A stretch of DNA of 64,000 nt from NCBI GenBank assembly GCA_001687465.1, contig LVLI01000176.1, positions 1-64,000 of the forward strand, given 5' to 3'. Source of the DNA: Halocafeteria seosinensis. Lineage: Eukaryota. The translations under genes and the position numbers were made by a program. This document shows, piece after piece, positions 45,140 through 57,227 of this stretch (position 1 is the stretch's first letter; each line of letters opens with the position of its first letter). The notes beneath the pieces were generated by a model that was not told the origin of the DNA, ran no database searches, and saw nothing but the letters and a program-made list of their open reading frames with translations.

Positions 45140-47338
45140 ATGAGTGAAATTAGCGTGGATCGTCTCATGGATATCGTGCTCCGGGACCCCTGGACAGCCA
45201 GCTGCGTGACTTTCGGGCTGTTTGCCATGGTGCTTGCCCTCGTTTTCGTACGTCATGCGTCTGTTTATGCTCCTCTGATCTATGGTGCCAAGTGATGACC
45301 TTCCATTCCTGGGTTGACCCCCATTATACAGGTGTTTCGAGAGCAAGAAATCCGGGTTGCCGTGGGCTACGACAAGGACTTTGTCCCCGGCCAGATGCGC
45401 GAAGTGGATGCTGGCAGAAACAACAAAGTTTTGCTTGTTCGGGTACGTTCTTCTCATCCACGTGTTGAAGGCGAGTCATACATCTGTTATGGGAGTTGAT
45501 CATGCAGACGAGAAAGGGGGAGTACCATGCTTTGGGACCGAAATGCACGTACGTCATTGGGCAGACTTACAGAGTGCATGCCGTGAAATGTAGTAGATAA
45601 GTTTTATGTGTCAATGTTGCTTTATCTGCAGGCACTATAAGGCTCCCCTAGCTAAAGGAATTTTGTACGAGAATACTGTCACTTGCCCGTGGCATGCTGC
45701 GTGTTTCAATGTGGAAACAGGCGACATTGAGGACGGGCCTGTGTTGGATGCGCTTCCGACGTACAAGACCTCGGTGAGTGGAGGCAAAGTACACGTCCAC
45801 TTGCCACGTAATCCCGAAAAACTGCCTATGTCGCGGACTCCCTCAATGTGCCCGGTGGGCTCCTCGGACAAGCGCAATTTTGTCATCATCGGCGGTGGCG
45901 CTGCTGGCATGACTGCTGCACAGACACTGCGCGAGGAAGGCTTCCAAGGAATGATCACAATGATATCGAAAGAACGGAACTTGCCTTACGACAGGCCAAA
46001 GCTTAGCAAAAATCTGGAAGTTGCGGATGACGGGAATGCTCCTGAATTGAGGTCGAACTCATTCTTTGTACAACACGGAATAAGCGTAAGACTACTGACA
46101 GAAGTTACGAATGTGAACACAGCCTCAAGACAAGTAATTGTCCAACCATTGGATAAAGATGGCAAGCCTAGATCTGACGCATCAGAGCAGACTATACCCT
46201 ATGACAAGGTCCTATGTGCAACCGGTGGCATCCCCAGAACGTTCAAGCCCCCAGAGCAGTTCACCATCCCTGGTGCTGATCTTAACAACATTTTCGCATT
46301 GCGAGAGGCGTCTGACTGTGAAAATATTAACGTTGCCGTGAAAGAGGTGTACGAGCGAAAGTTGACTAACGATGAAGATACTCAAGGAGTGAACATAGTC
46401 ATTGTCGGCTCCTCTTTCATTGGAATGGAAGCCGCTTCTTATTTTGCTGGCAAGATGAAGCGAGATCGCTCTCATAAGCGGTTGATTGATAAGGTCACTG
46501 TCATTGGAATGGAAGAACAGCCGTTTGAACGCGTACTCGGGAGGAAAGTTGGGAGTGTCATGCGCAGATTAGCTGAAAACGCGGGAATCTACTTCCACAT
46601 GGACTCTCAAGTAAAGGAATTCACTGGTGACGAGGACCACAACGTGTGTGAAGTAGAATTAAAAAAGTCAAGGACGGTAGTACCCGCTGATGTTGTAATC
46701 GTAGGGGCTGGAATCATTCCAAGTAGCCATTATCTTGCGTCAAACTCGGATATTACATTAGATCGCGGTGCAGTCCAAGCAGACACTCGCCTCAAAGCAG
46801 CCGAGGATGTTTATGTTGCTGGTGACATTGCGAAATTTCCGTACAAGCACGCCGTAGATAGCGAATGTAAGTGCTCTTCCCTGCTACTTGTTTAACAACG
46901 TTGAATTCGAATTTGTGGATGATGTGTATCGTTCTTTCTTCAGCAAGGCATATCCGCATTGAGCATTGGGATGTTGCTTGTGACCACGGTAGAGTTGCCG
47001 CAAGGAACATGCTGGGAAAAGATGAAGAATACGAAAACGTCCCCTTCTTCTGGACTGGCATGTTTGGGGTGAGTCTGCGGTATGCCGGAAACTGTATGAA
47101 CATCAAAGAGGCAATAGTCCACGGGGATCTCGACGGAGATCGTCCCAGCGGAGTCGTGTACTATGTGGGCGAGTCTAATGCCGTGTCGGCTGTGCTAACA
47201 ATATCGAAGGATCCCTACGCTGCAGCGGCATTGGTACTGCTAAAATGCGAAAGAATGCCATCAGTTGAGACTTTGAAGGACATGCCAGACTTGGATCTTC
47301 CGCGCCACTTGGCACAACTTACCCCCGAGTTCACGTAA
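45140..47338 (+). CDS. AIFM3-like Rieske [2Fe-2S] + FAD/NAD(P) oxidoreductase with N-terminal TM segment
   Basis: Rieske C-T|H...CPWH, GGGAAG, PYDRPKLSK, GSSFIGME, RIEHW and VPFFWT motifs. Exon 1 (ATG 45140) encodes a hydrophobic helix. Confidence 0.88.
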
Positions 47339-47674
47339 GCGGGTCGCAAGTGCATCCGTTGCGACGCGACACCTTGGGAGTCGCGCGCGCCGAGTTCGGT
47401 TAGACGCCCCCATTCACACGCTGTCCGCGCAAGAGCTTCCGATCAGGTATTCGGAGACCATGCTGAGTGTAGTCTGATTGAAAAGAAAAGGAATGAACTT
47501 TGTTTATGTAGAAGGGTATTTATTTCGAATAGACTCTGGTTTACCAAGTTTTTGGCGCGTTGTCCTTGCGACTGACTGCGGCAGCCTTCCTTCAGCAGAA
47601 GAATACCCCCAATGGTCGCTTTACACCGTGAAGAAAGCATAGGATACTAACAAACAGTACCCACTCTGTTAAAT

Positions 47675-48797
47675 ATGGAAAGTGGATTGGGTATCCAAAC
47701 GGTGTCGAACCGGCATTCTTTGCCGGCATACTCATTCGCCTTCCGGAACCCGATTCCAGCGTATAAGCGCTTCGGGCCTGGGCCGGCTGCGTATGGAGCA
47801 AGTAGTTCCATTGGTACCAGAGCATGTGATGGCGTGAAGAAAAATGCTCCTATTGTAAGTTATTCAGTACCATCCGTAGAGAGGGGGCGAAAACCCGTCT
47901 TGTATATCTTCACGGGTCGTACGTAACCCCGCAGTACAAGTTTGGAACAGACAAAACGAGAGAAAAAGCGGGCACAGAACGCGCAACGGAGCCCAGCCCG
48001 TCCGATTATCAGAACTTCCACAAACAGACGCCTGGCCACTATCAGATATCGAGACACAGAACTGCTCCTGCCTCCTCGTTTGGTCTAAAGCCGCCGGTAG
48101 GTCAACGGAACTAACTCTTTCCCATCTGGGGTCCGTCTCCCCCAACATTCCATCTTGTATGGTTGCAGCCATCGAAATCGCTTTATAGCGGGCCAGGTCC
48201 GAATTCGTATAATACCACATGGAACAGGACAACTTCCCGGAAGAACACCCCAGCATACGGGTTCGGTACGTCGACACGGGAGAAACCTCGCAGTAAGGCA
48301 CGTGATAGATCTCCTGGGAAAGCTCTTCCTGAACCGGGCCCAATCACATATAGCCCACAAGCTGAAAAATGGAAGGTATGTCTGCCCTCTCAACATCATC
48401 TTCTAGGCCTAAGGATGAAGCAATTCCTGTATGCAGTCAAGGGTCCCAGCCTACACGCTCTCAGGATGGAATCCTCGCGAACAAATAAAGACACCAACCG
48501 CTTCCGCGCCGACCGCGTGTCGCACAGATGATTCCATGGGGAAACAAATAAACGGGTACCAGCGATCTTCTCCTTCGTTTTCCTTTGGAGTTAGATTCAA
48601 ACTACCAGAAGAAAAGGAAAATACCCCGGGTCCAGGTAAGATGCAGCAGTACAGTACAGCCACGGGCAATCATCCCACTGACGAACTTTTCTCAAGTCGC
48701 TGCAGCTAGTTACGGAAACTACCCCCTGCGTGTTAGGACAGCGCAACCTCGTCTGAAAGACAGCGGGAAAAAATCCCGGAGCAAGAGTCGGCACTAG
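47675..48797 (+). CDS. SHIPPO-repeat (ODF3-like) ciliary microtubule-associated protein, multi-exon
   Basis: Repeated GPGPAAY, GPGPNSY, PEPGPITY and TPGP units alternate with PAYSF/PAYGFG/PSFSFG units. Confidence 0.8.
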
Positions 48798-48868
48798 CCT
48801 TTTCGTTTCGCGATAGTTGGTCAAACGATCCATGGAATAATACTTGCTTGTTGCAACCATCAACTCTT

Positions 48869-49834
48869 TCAGTTGTAGTTACTAGTAACACTCTTCAAAC
48901 TGTCCAGCATCGCCTTTTTCATACTGTCATCCATTGAGACTTCGTGTAGCTGAGTATGAATCTGTGTCCAGTCATTGGGCTGATCTTCTAGTGGTTCTGG
49001 CAAAACATCAAACAAGCTCGATTCCTGTTCCCTGGAGTTAGAAGATGAGAGTTGAATAAAGTTTTCACTAGATAATCGTGCTGCTGGTGGAGGACCCAGG
49101 GGATTACCACCACCTTCCGTAGTTGGAGGAACAGGAGGTCGACGTTTGAATGTTGCGATATTCTCATTTTCTGTAACAGCCATATTTCCGTTTCCATTTT
49201 GCCTAATTTTGTGTTGACCAAACATGCTAACGGTTCTCATGAGACTTGCCTGACTGGTCTCCGTAGCCTCTTGGGTCGATGGTTCCTGACTTCCACGTGG
49301 CTCACCTAGCTCTTCGCCAAGACAAAGATCAACCAATGCCTCAAAAGAGGTGTCTTCGGTTTGTTGGCCTGATGGAGCGGCATGTGCATTTTGCTTTGAG
49401 GAGTCATCCCCGTTCATGTTTGCATCTGTGGGAGTCTTCGTCGCCGTTGTATCGCCGTCAGCTGCATCAGCGAGCATAGCCGACAAATTCCATATCAACC
49501 TGTCCAACGATCTATCCTGTGCCGACGGTTCTGGTGGAATGTACGAAGGAGAGTGAGACTCCAATGCCTCCGTCGACGCTAGAATTTCATCAAATTCGTC
49601 TAGTTGGTCATGATGTGGACTATACAGCGAATGTTGCGACAACGTGCTCGTAACAGGATTGCAGCCGGGGCGGTTCTCAGAGCTGCCTTCTCCATCGTAT
49701 CGCTTCGGAAACTGTTTCTTGTCAGGGGCATTGACGTGCTTGTCCACCTCAACGCACGAATTTAGGAAAGCAGAGTTTTCTTCCGGATTTGAGAGGGGGA
49801 GCACCCCGAGATCCTCGAATCCATCTTCATTCAT
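48869..49834 (-). CDS. Hypothetical acidic, largely disordered protein
   Basis: Single open frame; first ATG at 49834 (the ORF-track start is TTG). No domain recognised. Confidence 0.65.
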   Translation of the reverse strand: MNEDGFEDLGVLPLSNPEENSAFLNSCVEVDKHVNAPDKKQFPKRYDGEGSSENRPGCNPVTSTLSQHSLYSPHHDQLDEFDEILASTEALESHSPSYIPPEPSAQDRSLDRLIWNLSAMLADAADGDTTATKTPTDANMNGDDSSKQNAHAAPSGQQTEDTSFEALVDLCLGEELGEPRGSQEPSTQEATETSQASLMRTVSMFGQHKIRQNGNGNMAVTENENIATFKRRPPVPPTTEGGGNPLGPPPAARLSSENFIQLSSSNSREQESSLFDVLPEPLEDQPNDWTQIHTQLHEVSMDDSMKKAMLDSLKSVTSNYN

Positions 49835-50300
49835 CCCGGATCCACAAGTCGGCAATGCCAATGTTTTTGAGAGCAGAAAATGCCGTACTATCTGTAAATG
49901 ATACTCGCGTCACACGCATTTATTACAATCCTGTGGGGCAATTCCAGTTTTGTTGAAGTACCAGACTTCGGAAGTCAATAGCAGAGTTGCAACTTGTCTA
50001 TGTGCTTCAAAATGTGCGGTGATACTGTATTTGAGGTTATAGTAGCAATTTGTTCGGTAAGTTGTACGACAGTTGTAATATACACATACGTGATTCCAGT
50101 GTTGACATGTGTGTCAATATTGCTAATTACACCATATAGCTAGCGCTACTCAAGCGCACCGTACATAGTGACATACGGTCGTAAACGTTGCACAACCAAT
50201 CAGTGGGTCGAAAAATACATAAAAGTACGAAGGTGCGCTCACCTTTCTTACTAAATGGTTCATGCAACGGTTGCCGCAAAATGGTCCGAATTATATACAA

Positions 50301-51598
50301 TCATTGAATGACACAGCCTCGACGACCGCGTGGTGCTCTGCACTCACCAAATCCGTTGGTTTGCCCCTTGCATTTCTTGCAATGATTATGGAACTTTCCG
50401 CAGTCAGGTTCGAACTGCCCGTCGCACATGTGCGTAATGTATACTCCCGCTTTGCATTCGGGGCAGAATACAGAAGCAGAACGTCCACCGTCCTCATAAT
50501 CCGACCCGGGCTTATCGATTTGGTACAAGATATCCTTTACACGGACTGTTATCTCCTTAGAGCAGCAGAGTGAAATAGTCCTAGCTACCACAACCTCCGA
50601 AGGTGACTCAACGTCAAGATCCACAAAGCCTTTGCACACAGCGGCGAGAAAGCACTGAGAACATTTGTTTGGGTTGGCACCGAAAGTTTCTTTGATAAAT
50701 TTTTTCGTTCCCTCAGTCGTGCGTTTCTTGCCACCTCCGGTCGCTAGCATTGTCTCAATCAGTACTTCATTCTTCAGTCGTCCAGTGAGTTGGGGTTTGT
50801 ATCCACCTCTTGGAATCCCGAGGTCTGAACAATAACCCTTTAATTGATCGTAGGTCATGTTTGATAACTTCTCCCGCGAAAGCGATTTAAGTTCCTCTGC
50901 AGCGAGTTTTGCCGCCTCGGAAGGAACAAACTCCTTCTTGGCTTTCTTCTTCTTTGGTTTGGCGATACTGGCAGCTTGCGTCTTGGCTGAGGAGGATTGC
51001 AGAGCGGTGTTTGCAGACTTCTCTTTGCTTTTCGCTTTTCCAGAAGCATTCTTAGGCTTTGTTGGAGTGGGATTTGTCGTCGAGCTTGGAGATTTCATAG
51101 CAGCTCCTTTCTCCGGGCACGTAGTGGTGGACACCACAGAGGGGTTCTGACTCTCTGGCGATTTGAGAGAATCGCCGTTTTGTGCACTGACAGGCCCAGG
51201 ATGTGTTTCGGTCTTTTGTTTCTTAGTGGGACTGACAAAACTGTGTTCGGGATCTTCCTGCATCATTCACCATATGAATATATGAAAGCAAACTTTCAGC
51301 GGGGGGCTTGTTTGCGACAGCTACCGTACGCTTCCAATTCAAATGCAGTTCAAATCGCCAATTGCTTGCTTACCTTGGCTGTTTGCACGGAAGATACTGT
51401 CGCATGTTTGGTCTCGCTCTCACTCACAGTCGATGGCGAGCATGTTTCTTCTGTTGCAGGCCTCTTTTTCGATGGAGGGTCTTCGACATCGATTATAATT
51501 GGTTTGTTGGAATCGCCGGCTTCTGCCGCCGGCGGCGCCTCCCGCGCCTTGTTGGTGAGCGCCTTTGCCGCGGCTCCTCTAACTACGAAGCGATCCAT
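50301..51598 (-). CDS. SAP-domain protein with C-terminal Cys/His-rich domain (2 exons)
   Basis: Exon 1 51374-51598 (MDRFVVRG...), intron 51258-51373, then exon 2 with SAP-like LSNMTYDQLKGYCSDLGIPRGGYKPQLTGRL and a Cys-rich tail (CSQC, CC, CPEC, GKFHNHCKKC). Confidence 0.78.
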
Positions 51599-51650
51599 GA
51601 CAAAGTCCCGTCCACAAATTGCAGAACCTACGTCTTGTTACACCTGCGTT

Positions 51651-51655
<5 letters not shown>

Positions 51656-51681
<26 letters not shown>
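51656..51681. repeat. (CT)13 microsatellite
   Basis: Directly visible, between divergent genes. Confidence 0.95.
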
Positions 51682-51939
51682 TGTCTAGACGGGGCAAATC
51701 TTTCACCCAACCGCCATTTGAATGATTTGAATTCGAAATCTGTTAAGGTGATGAAATGATTGCTGCATTCATTCGTAACTTCAACCACAAGAAAGCTGAC
51801 ACAGCAGATACTGTATACAGTCCAATGCTCATGGAAACGTGTACCCCTTGAGGTATTGAGGCACTCTATGTAGTAAGCACTGTGTGAGTCTAGCGTGTGC
51901 GTTGTTTCGCTTGGTGATCCAATTGGAGAAGGAAAGAAA

Positions 51940-53628
51940 ATGTCGTCTGGTTCTGGTGGTGCGCGTGCTGTTGTCGACATACAAGACTCCGCGAGTTTTA
52001 AACAGCATGTACAGTCCAGCAAGGAGCATGATACACTGCTCATTGCCTTCTTTTGGGCTGAGTTCAACGAAGCCTCGAAGCCAGGAGCACAAATGGATCA
52101 ACTCTTCACTAACTTAGCCTCACGCCATCCTGATGTCGATTTTGTCAGAGTATGTGTGCCATATCAAGCCATTGCTTCCGGCGTTCTAATCGTCAGTAGT
52201 ATTGCTGTTCCTTGTCTGATCTGTGCAGGTGAATGGCGAAGAAGTGGAGGATCTGGCTGAGCAGTTCAACATCACATCCGTGCCAGCATTCGTCTTCATC
52301 AAGGTATGGCACTGTCTCGGGAATTCTCCGCATTGTGCAAGAGCTTGTAATGTTGCTCTGTCTCTTTGGTATGCGCAGAAGGGTAAACATATTGGCACTC
52401 ATCAGGGAATTACCGGTGCTGAGCTGGTACAAAGAATAACGTCATACAAGAATAGAGTCGTCAACGACGAAGCAGACGATAAAGCAAAATTGAACTCGCG
52501 CTTGAAAAAGCTTGTGAATGGAGCCAGTGTGATGGTCTTCATGAAAGGATCGCCTTCTGCCCCTCGGTGTAAATTTAGCAGGGCGTTGGTAGATATACTC
52601 AATGAAAAGGGGATCTCTTACGGCTCGTTTGACATCTTGCAAGACGAACCGGTTCGGCAAGGTTTGAAAGAATACAGGTACGATCATCTTACCGTGCTTG
52701 ACATTCCAGGATTGAAACACAATGCACCTTGGGCGGTTTGCAGCAACTGGCCGACTTACCCGCAAGTTTACGTGGCTGGAAAACTCGTAGGAGGCCTGGA
52801 TATTATCAAGGAACTGAAGGAGGAGGGAGAGCTAGACGAAGCGCTCAAACCAGCTCCCTCCTCGGAGACAACTGGAAAAGAGAGTAATCTTAATGCCAGA
52901 TTGGAGGCGCTTACCAAAAAGGCGCCTGTCATGGTTTTTATGAAAGGTGCGCTCGTTTGAAATGCCCCGCCAGCTTCCCTAACTAAACCCTCTTTTTAAT
53001 TATGCAGGCTCACCATCCGCCCCGAAATGTGGATTTAGCTCAAGCATGGTGGAGATACTGAAGGATAATGGCATCCAGTTTGATTATTTTGATATATTAT
53101 CCGACCAAAGCGTCCGCCAGGGCTTGAAGACTTACAGCGATTGGCCGACTTACCCACAGTTATACGTTCAAGGGAAACTTGTTGGTGGACTCGACATCAT
53201 AAAAGAAATGCTGGTAGGTTTGCTCAAGGATGATAGCAATATCCTGAGTTTAATGGATCAGATATACGTCTTATTTTTCACAGGAAGACGATGACGAGCC
53301 ATTGGCAAAGCAACTCGGATTGGAAGATATGAATCAACGGCTGAAACAGTTGACTCAAATGCAGAAGGTAGTGTTGTTCATGAAGGGCACTTCGGAGGAA
53401 CCAAAATGTGGCTTCAGCTCGAGAGCTGTCGATTTGTTACGCGAAGCGGGTTGCAATGATTTTGCATCTTTTGACATCCTGTCTGATGAAGATGTCCGCG
53501 AGGGCCTCAAGACTTATGCCCAGTGGCCCACGTATCCCCAGCTTTGGGTGGATGGCAAGCTGATTGGAGGCGTAGACATCCTCGATGAATTACAGGAAGA
53601 AGGGGAGCTCGAATCACTGGTGAAGTAA
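51940..53628 (+). CDS. GLRX3: Multidomain monothiol glutaredoxin (Trx-like + 3 Grx domains; GLRX3/PICOT/GRXS17 type)
   Basis: Trx-like FWAEFN domain, then three FMKG...C(K/G)FS...WPTYPQ...GG(L/V)DI domains across introns. Confidence 0.92.
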
Positions 53629-53632
53629 AGCT

Positions 53633-56355
53633 TTATATGTCTAAGAATAGCTCATCTACGTCCTCGTCCGGAGCCACTACATTTGGTTCCTTGTTCTGCT
53701 TTTGGGAACCATTGCGTCTTGATGCACCCCTCGCCACTGGATTTCGTGCTCGTTTATTCATTTTAGCCGCTCGAGCTAAATTGGTAACTATGAAGTCTTC
53801 ATCGGAAGAGCTACTGGCGTCGTCGGGAGTAACCCCGGTTCTTCTAGTGGAGGCGGCCGCTGGAGTCCTAGCTGTAGCTGGTGTGCTCACAGGAGTGGGG
53901 TCAGATTCTTCTCTTTCGGCGACGTCTTCCCTGGAGGATGAATAGGGCGTTTTATGCTTTGATTTCAGGCGCTTTATTGTCTCAAGCTCCTCTTTCTTTT
54001 TCTGGACCTGCTGTTCTCCGGTTTTCTCAATCTTCAAGAGAGTGTCCTTGATGCAGCTCTTTAACTGGATGAATGAATGCTAACTAAAGAATGACGATTC
54101 GAGACACCAATGTGGTAATTTAAAACTTACCTTCAGCAATTTTTTATTGTGTGCGGTTTTCATACGCTCTAATTCAGAGCTATGAAGCCGCTGAAGCTCG
54201 TTGACTTCGGTTGTGGCTTTCTGGTCATCCTTGGTGATCGTGACCGAACTCAGCTTTTGCTTTGCTTCGCTCAACTTGTCATTCTCCTCGCGAACCTGAA
54301 TTAATTCTGAGGGAGTGATACTGTGACTATCGTACTACTGGTTACCAAACTCATTTACCTTCTGATCTACTGTTTCGATGGTCTGTTGTAATTCTTCAAT
54401 CTCGCGCTGCACTGCGTGGAGTTGTTTCTGGTTTCCCTCAAAAGTAGCGATAGCTTCTCGATGCCTTTGCACTTTCTTCTCCATAGTATCCCTTTGCTTC
54501 TGCTTCTTGGTGGTATTGGCCTTTTCTTTACGCACAAGCTGTTTTAAACTCTTCAGGGAGGACACCCCATTGGCCCGTAGAATTCCTTCTGTTTCCGCTT
54601 TGGCTTTTCGTCCCTCCACAAGCTTCTGATAACTAGTAGTGAGTGCAGCTTCGAGGCTCTCAACGGAAGTTGAGCGTTGCTCCTTTTCTTGGTAGCATGA
54701 TATGAGTTCCTCATTTTGCATTTGGAGCTGTGCTTGCAAGCGTCTACTAGAGCTTCGACGGTTGCAAAGCTGCGTCTCCTGGCCATTTAGTTCATCTGTA
54801 GCAGCTTTTCTCAGGTGGAACAATTCTTTCTCTAGGCGAGCTGTTTCTTCTTCTGCTTTAGTGAGATCTAACGTTCTCTGCTGATAACTTTCGGTTTGTT
54901 GCTTTAAATTTGCTTCAGTCGTGCGCATCTGTGGATCAAATTGCCTTTGATACAACATGCGAATGTAAATGTGGAGATCAAATGGTGCCATACAATCAAC
55001 GTACAACCGTATCGACCTCCGCTTGCTTTTCGTCTTTCAGCTGTTGATGTCGCTCTACCATTTTTTCTACAGCTGCTTCTCTTTCCGCTAATGTGGCTTC
55101 ACTCTTCTCGATGTCTTCCGTAATTGACTCCATAGTTTCTTCCTGGAGAGACCGGCACCGTAGTAAATGCAGTTATTTACGATTTAGAGTAGTAAATGAG
55201 ACGCACTTTATTCCTGATTTCCTCGTTATATTCACGCTTGACTTCCTCCATAGTTGTCTGAGTCTCCGCAATACGGTTAGAAATAGTCTCTTTCAACTGT
55301 TTCTTCTCGTATACTGCATCTTCAGTGGTTTCTAGTTCCACTTGAGCGCTTCGAAGAGACTTTTCCGACTCTAAGTGACTCTTTTGCAATTGTGTTAACT
55401 GATTATATAAATCATCTGAACGAAAACTTAATGATGCTTCCGTTATGAATTGTCGTAAGCAATCTCGGGACAGTGAAAGGCTTACTTTGCCGTGATCCAC
55501 TCTGCAGCAACGAATTTTGAAGCTTATTGATGCTTCCCAATAGTGTTTCTTTGGTCCTCAGCATCCTATGCTCTGCATAGAAGGAAACGATTTTCCCGTG
55601 CCTTAAGTATTGCGGTAAAAGCTATACCAGTGTTACTAACCAGCTGAGGTTGCTTGTTTGATGCGTTCTCTAGCGTTAGAATCTTCGGGCAATTGTGGAA
55701 CGCTCCGGGAGGCGTTGCGGAACAACGTACCCAAGTGTTTGCAAAAATTGCTGGTACGTGTGGCTGAGGGTCGTAAGAACAGACATTGGTAAAGCGCGTC
55801 TCACTCAGTCTCCCTGAAAATAACATTTCGTGTTTACCTTCAGTTTGTGAGTGTTTAATACAGTTGAACAGCGGATACAACTCATTGAGTATGCGCTGCG
55901 CGGAAAAAACAACCATAATCCTTCTCTGTTTACTTGTAATTTATCACTTCGTCACGTACGCCTTCGGTTCTTTCCAATTCTCTTTGTGTTCTTCTGATAA
56001 GCTCTTGATCATCGCCATACTTAGTAATTAGAGATTGTTGCAGTTTCATCAATGTCTCCAGGTTTTCCTTCATGCGCACGAGAAGGACCGATTTCTGCTC
56101 AATATCTTCCTTCTGAGAATCCAAAACAAGTATATTATGAGTCATCCTTTTTTTCCCATCAAAATGCCTACAATACAGGAGGTTAGTATTCTAAACAAAG
56201 TATGGAATGCTTACCAACTCTACCAGATATTTTTGCTTGCGCTCTTGGTCAGACGCAAGTTTTTGCAACGAGCCATGAAGCTGCCTCAGTTTGAATGACG
56301 ATTTAGAAGTTTGCCCCTCCTTCGCGCGAGTGCGCACAGCTATTCTACTAGACAT
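53633..56355 (-). CDS. Long coiled-coil protein, many exons
   Basis: ATG 56355. E/K/Q-rich heptad ORF pieces can be joined in phase through GT-AG introns, ending ...DVDELFLDI*. The internal exon structure at 55.5-55.9 kb is uncertain. Confidence 0.7.
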
Positions 56356-56591
56356 TATGGGTAATTAGATGCGCTTATAAGGTCGTTTGCCTTATCAAAA
56401 AGGCTGTTAGCACGATATGGCAGAGGAAGAAGAATTCTCGTTTTTCTCTTGGACTATTCAGAGTCTAATTGCTAGTGTAAGCTCAATAAACACTCTATAG
56501 AGAGTTATCATGGGTATATCCTACTGTTACACACCATGTTGAGCAAATAAACAATCATAATTAGTGTAATTAAACTGGCTCTTAGTGTCCC

Positions 56592-56633
56592 ACACACACA
56601 CACACATATGTGACGGATAGCCCACCCGCCGGG
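56592..56633 (-). mobile_element. Extremely 5'-truncated retroposon copy 3 with 9-bp TSD
   Basis: Minus strand CCCGGCGGGTGGGCTATCCGTCACATAT(GT)n, flanked by TAGTGTCCC at 56583-56591 and 56634-56642. Confidence 0.85.
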
Positions 56634-57227
56634 TAGTGTCCCTAAAAGAAGATTCGGGAGAGGTTAGCGCATCAGTGGACAGTTTTTCATCAGCGGCTCA
56701 TTGGCCGAAAATAGCAAGTACAGTACAACTCGTACCATAACCATTCAATGCAGGTAAGAAAAGGAGAGACACAACCAATGCCTGATCCAATGACATCAAG
56801 CTTTTGTACTGTTGTACCCAGTATGTACCCGCGCAACTTCGGTTCCAGTACCCTCGATTCGGATCAAAATAAAATTGATGCTACCACGTCCGTACATCGC
56901 CAGCGGAGGTTCTCGAGAGCTGTCGCCTCTGGGGATTCAGAGACCCACCCATTGGCAAACGCTGTTACTGTGGCATTGCCAGTGATTCACACGCGGGCTT
57001 ACGCGGCGGTAACAAAAAGTAGATTACATTGGTGCAAAATTGTAGATATCGCTCCGGCAACAGTGACGCACCACAGACTTCTTAGAAAGCGAACGTGGAT
57101 TGATAGCCAGTCAAGAGTTGTAGCAACTCGCATTCTTGTACAACACAGTATGCCCAGGGTATGTCCAAGGCACTATAAGCAAAGCAAGTTCGATACAGAA
57201 ACCTGAGAAACAACAACTGAAACAAGG

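Noticed and set aside
47559..47572. RFX X-box-like GTTGTCCTTGCGAC upstream of the SHIPPO-repeat gene
   Set aside because: Several mismatches to the consensus, and I noticed no matching site upstream of the other putative ciliary genes.
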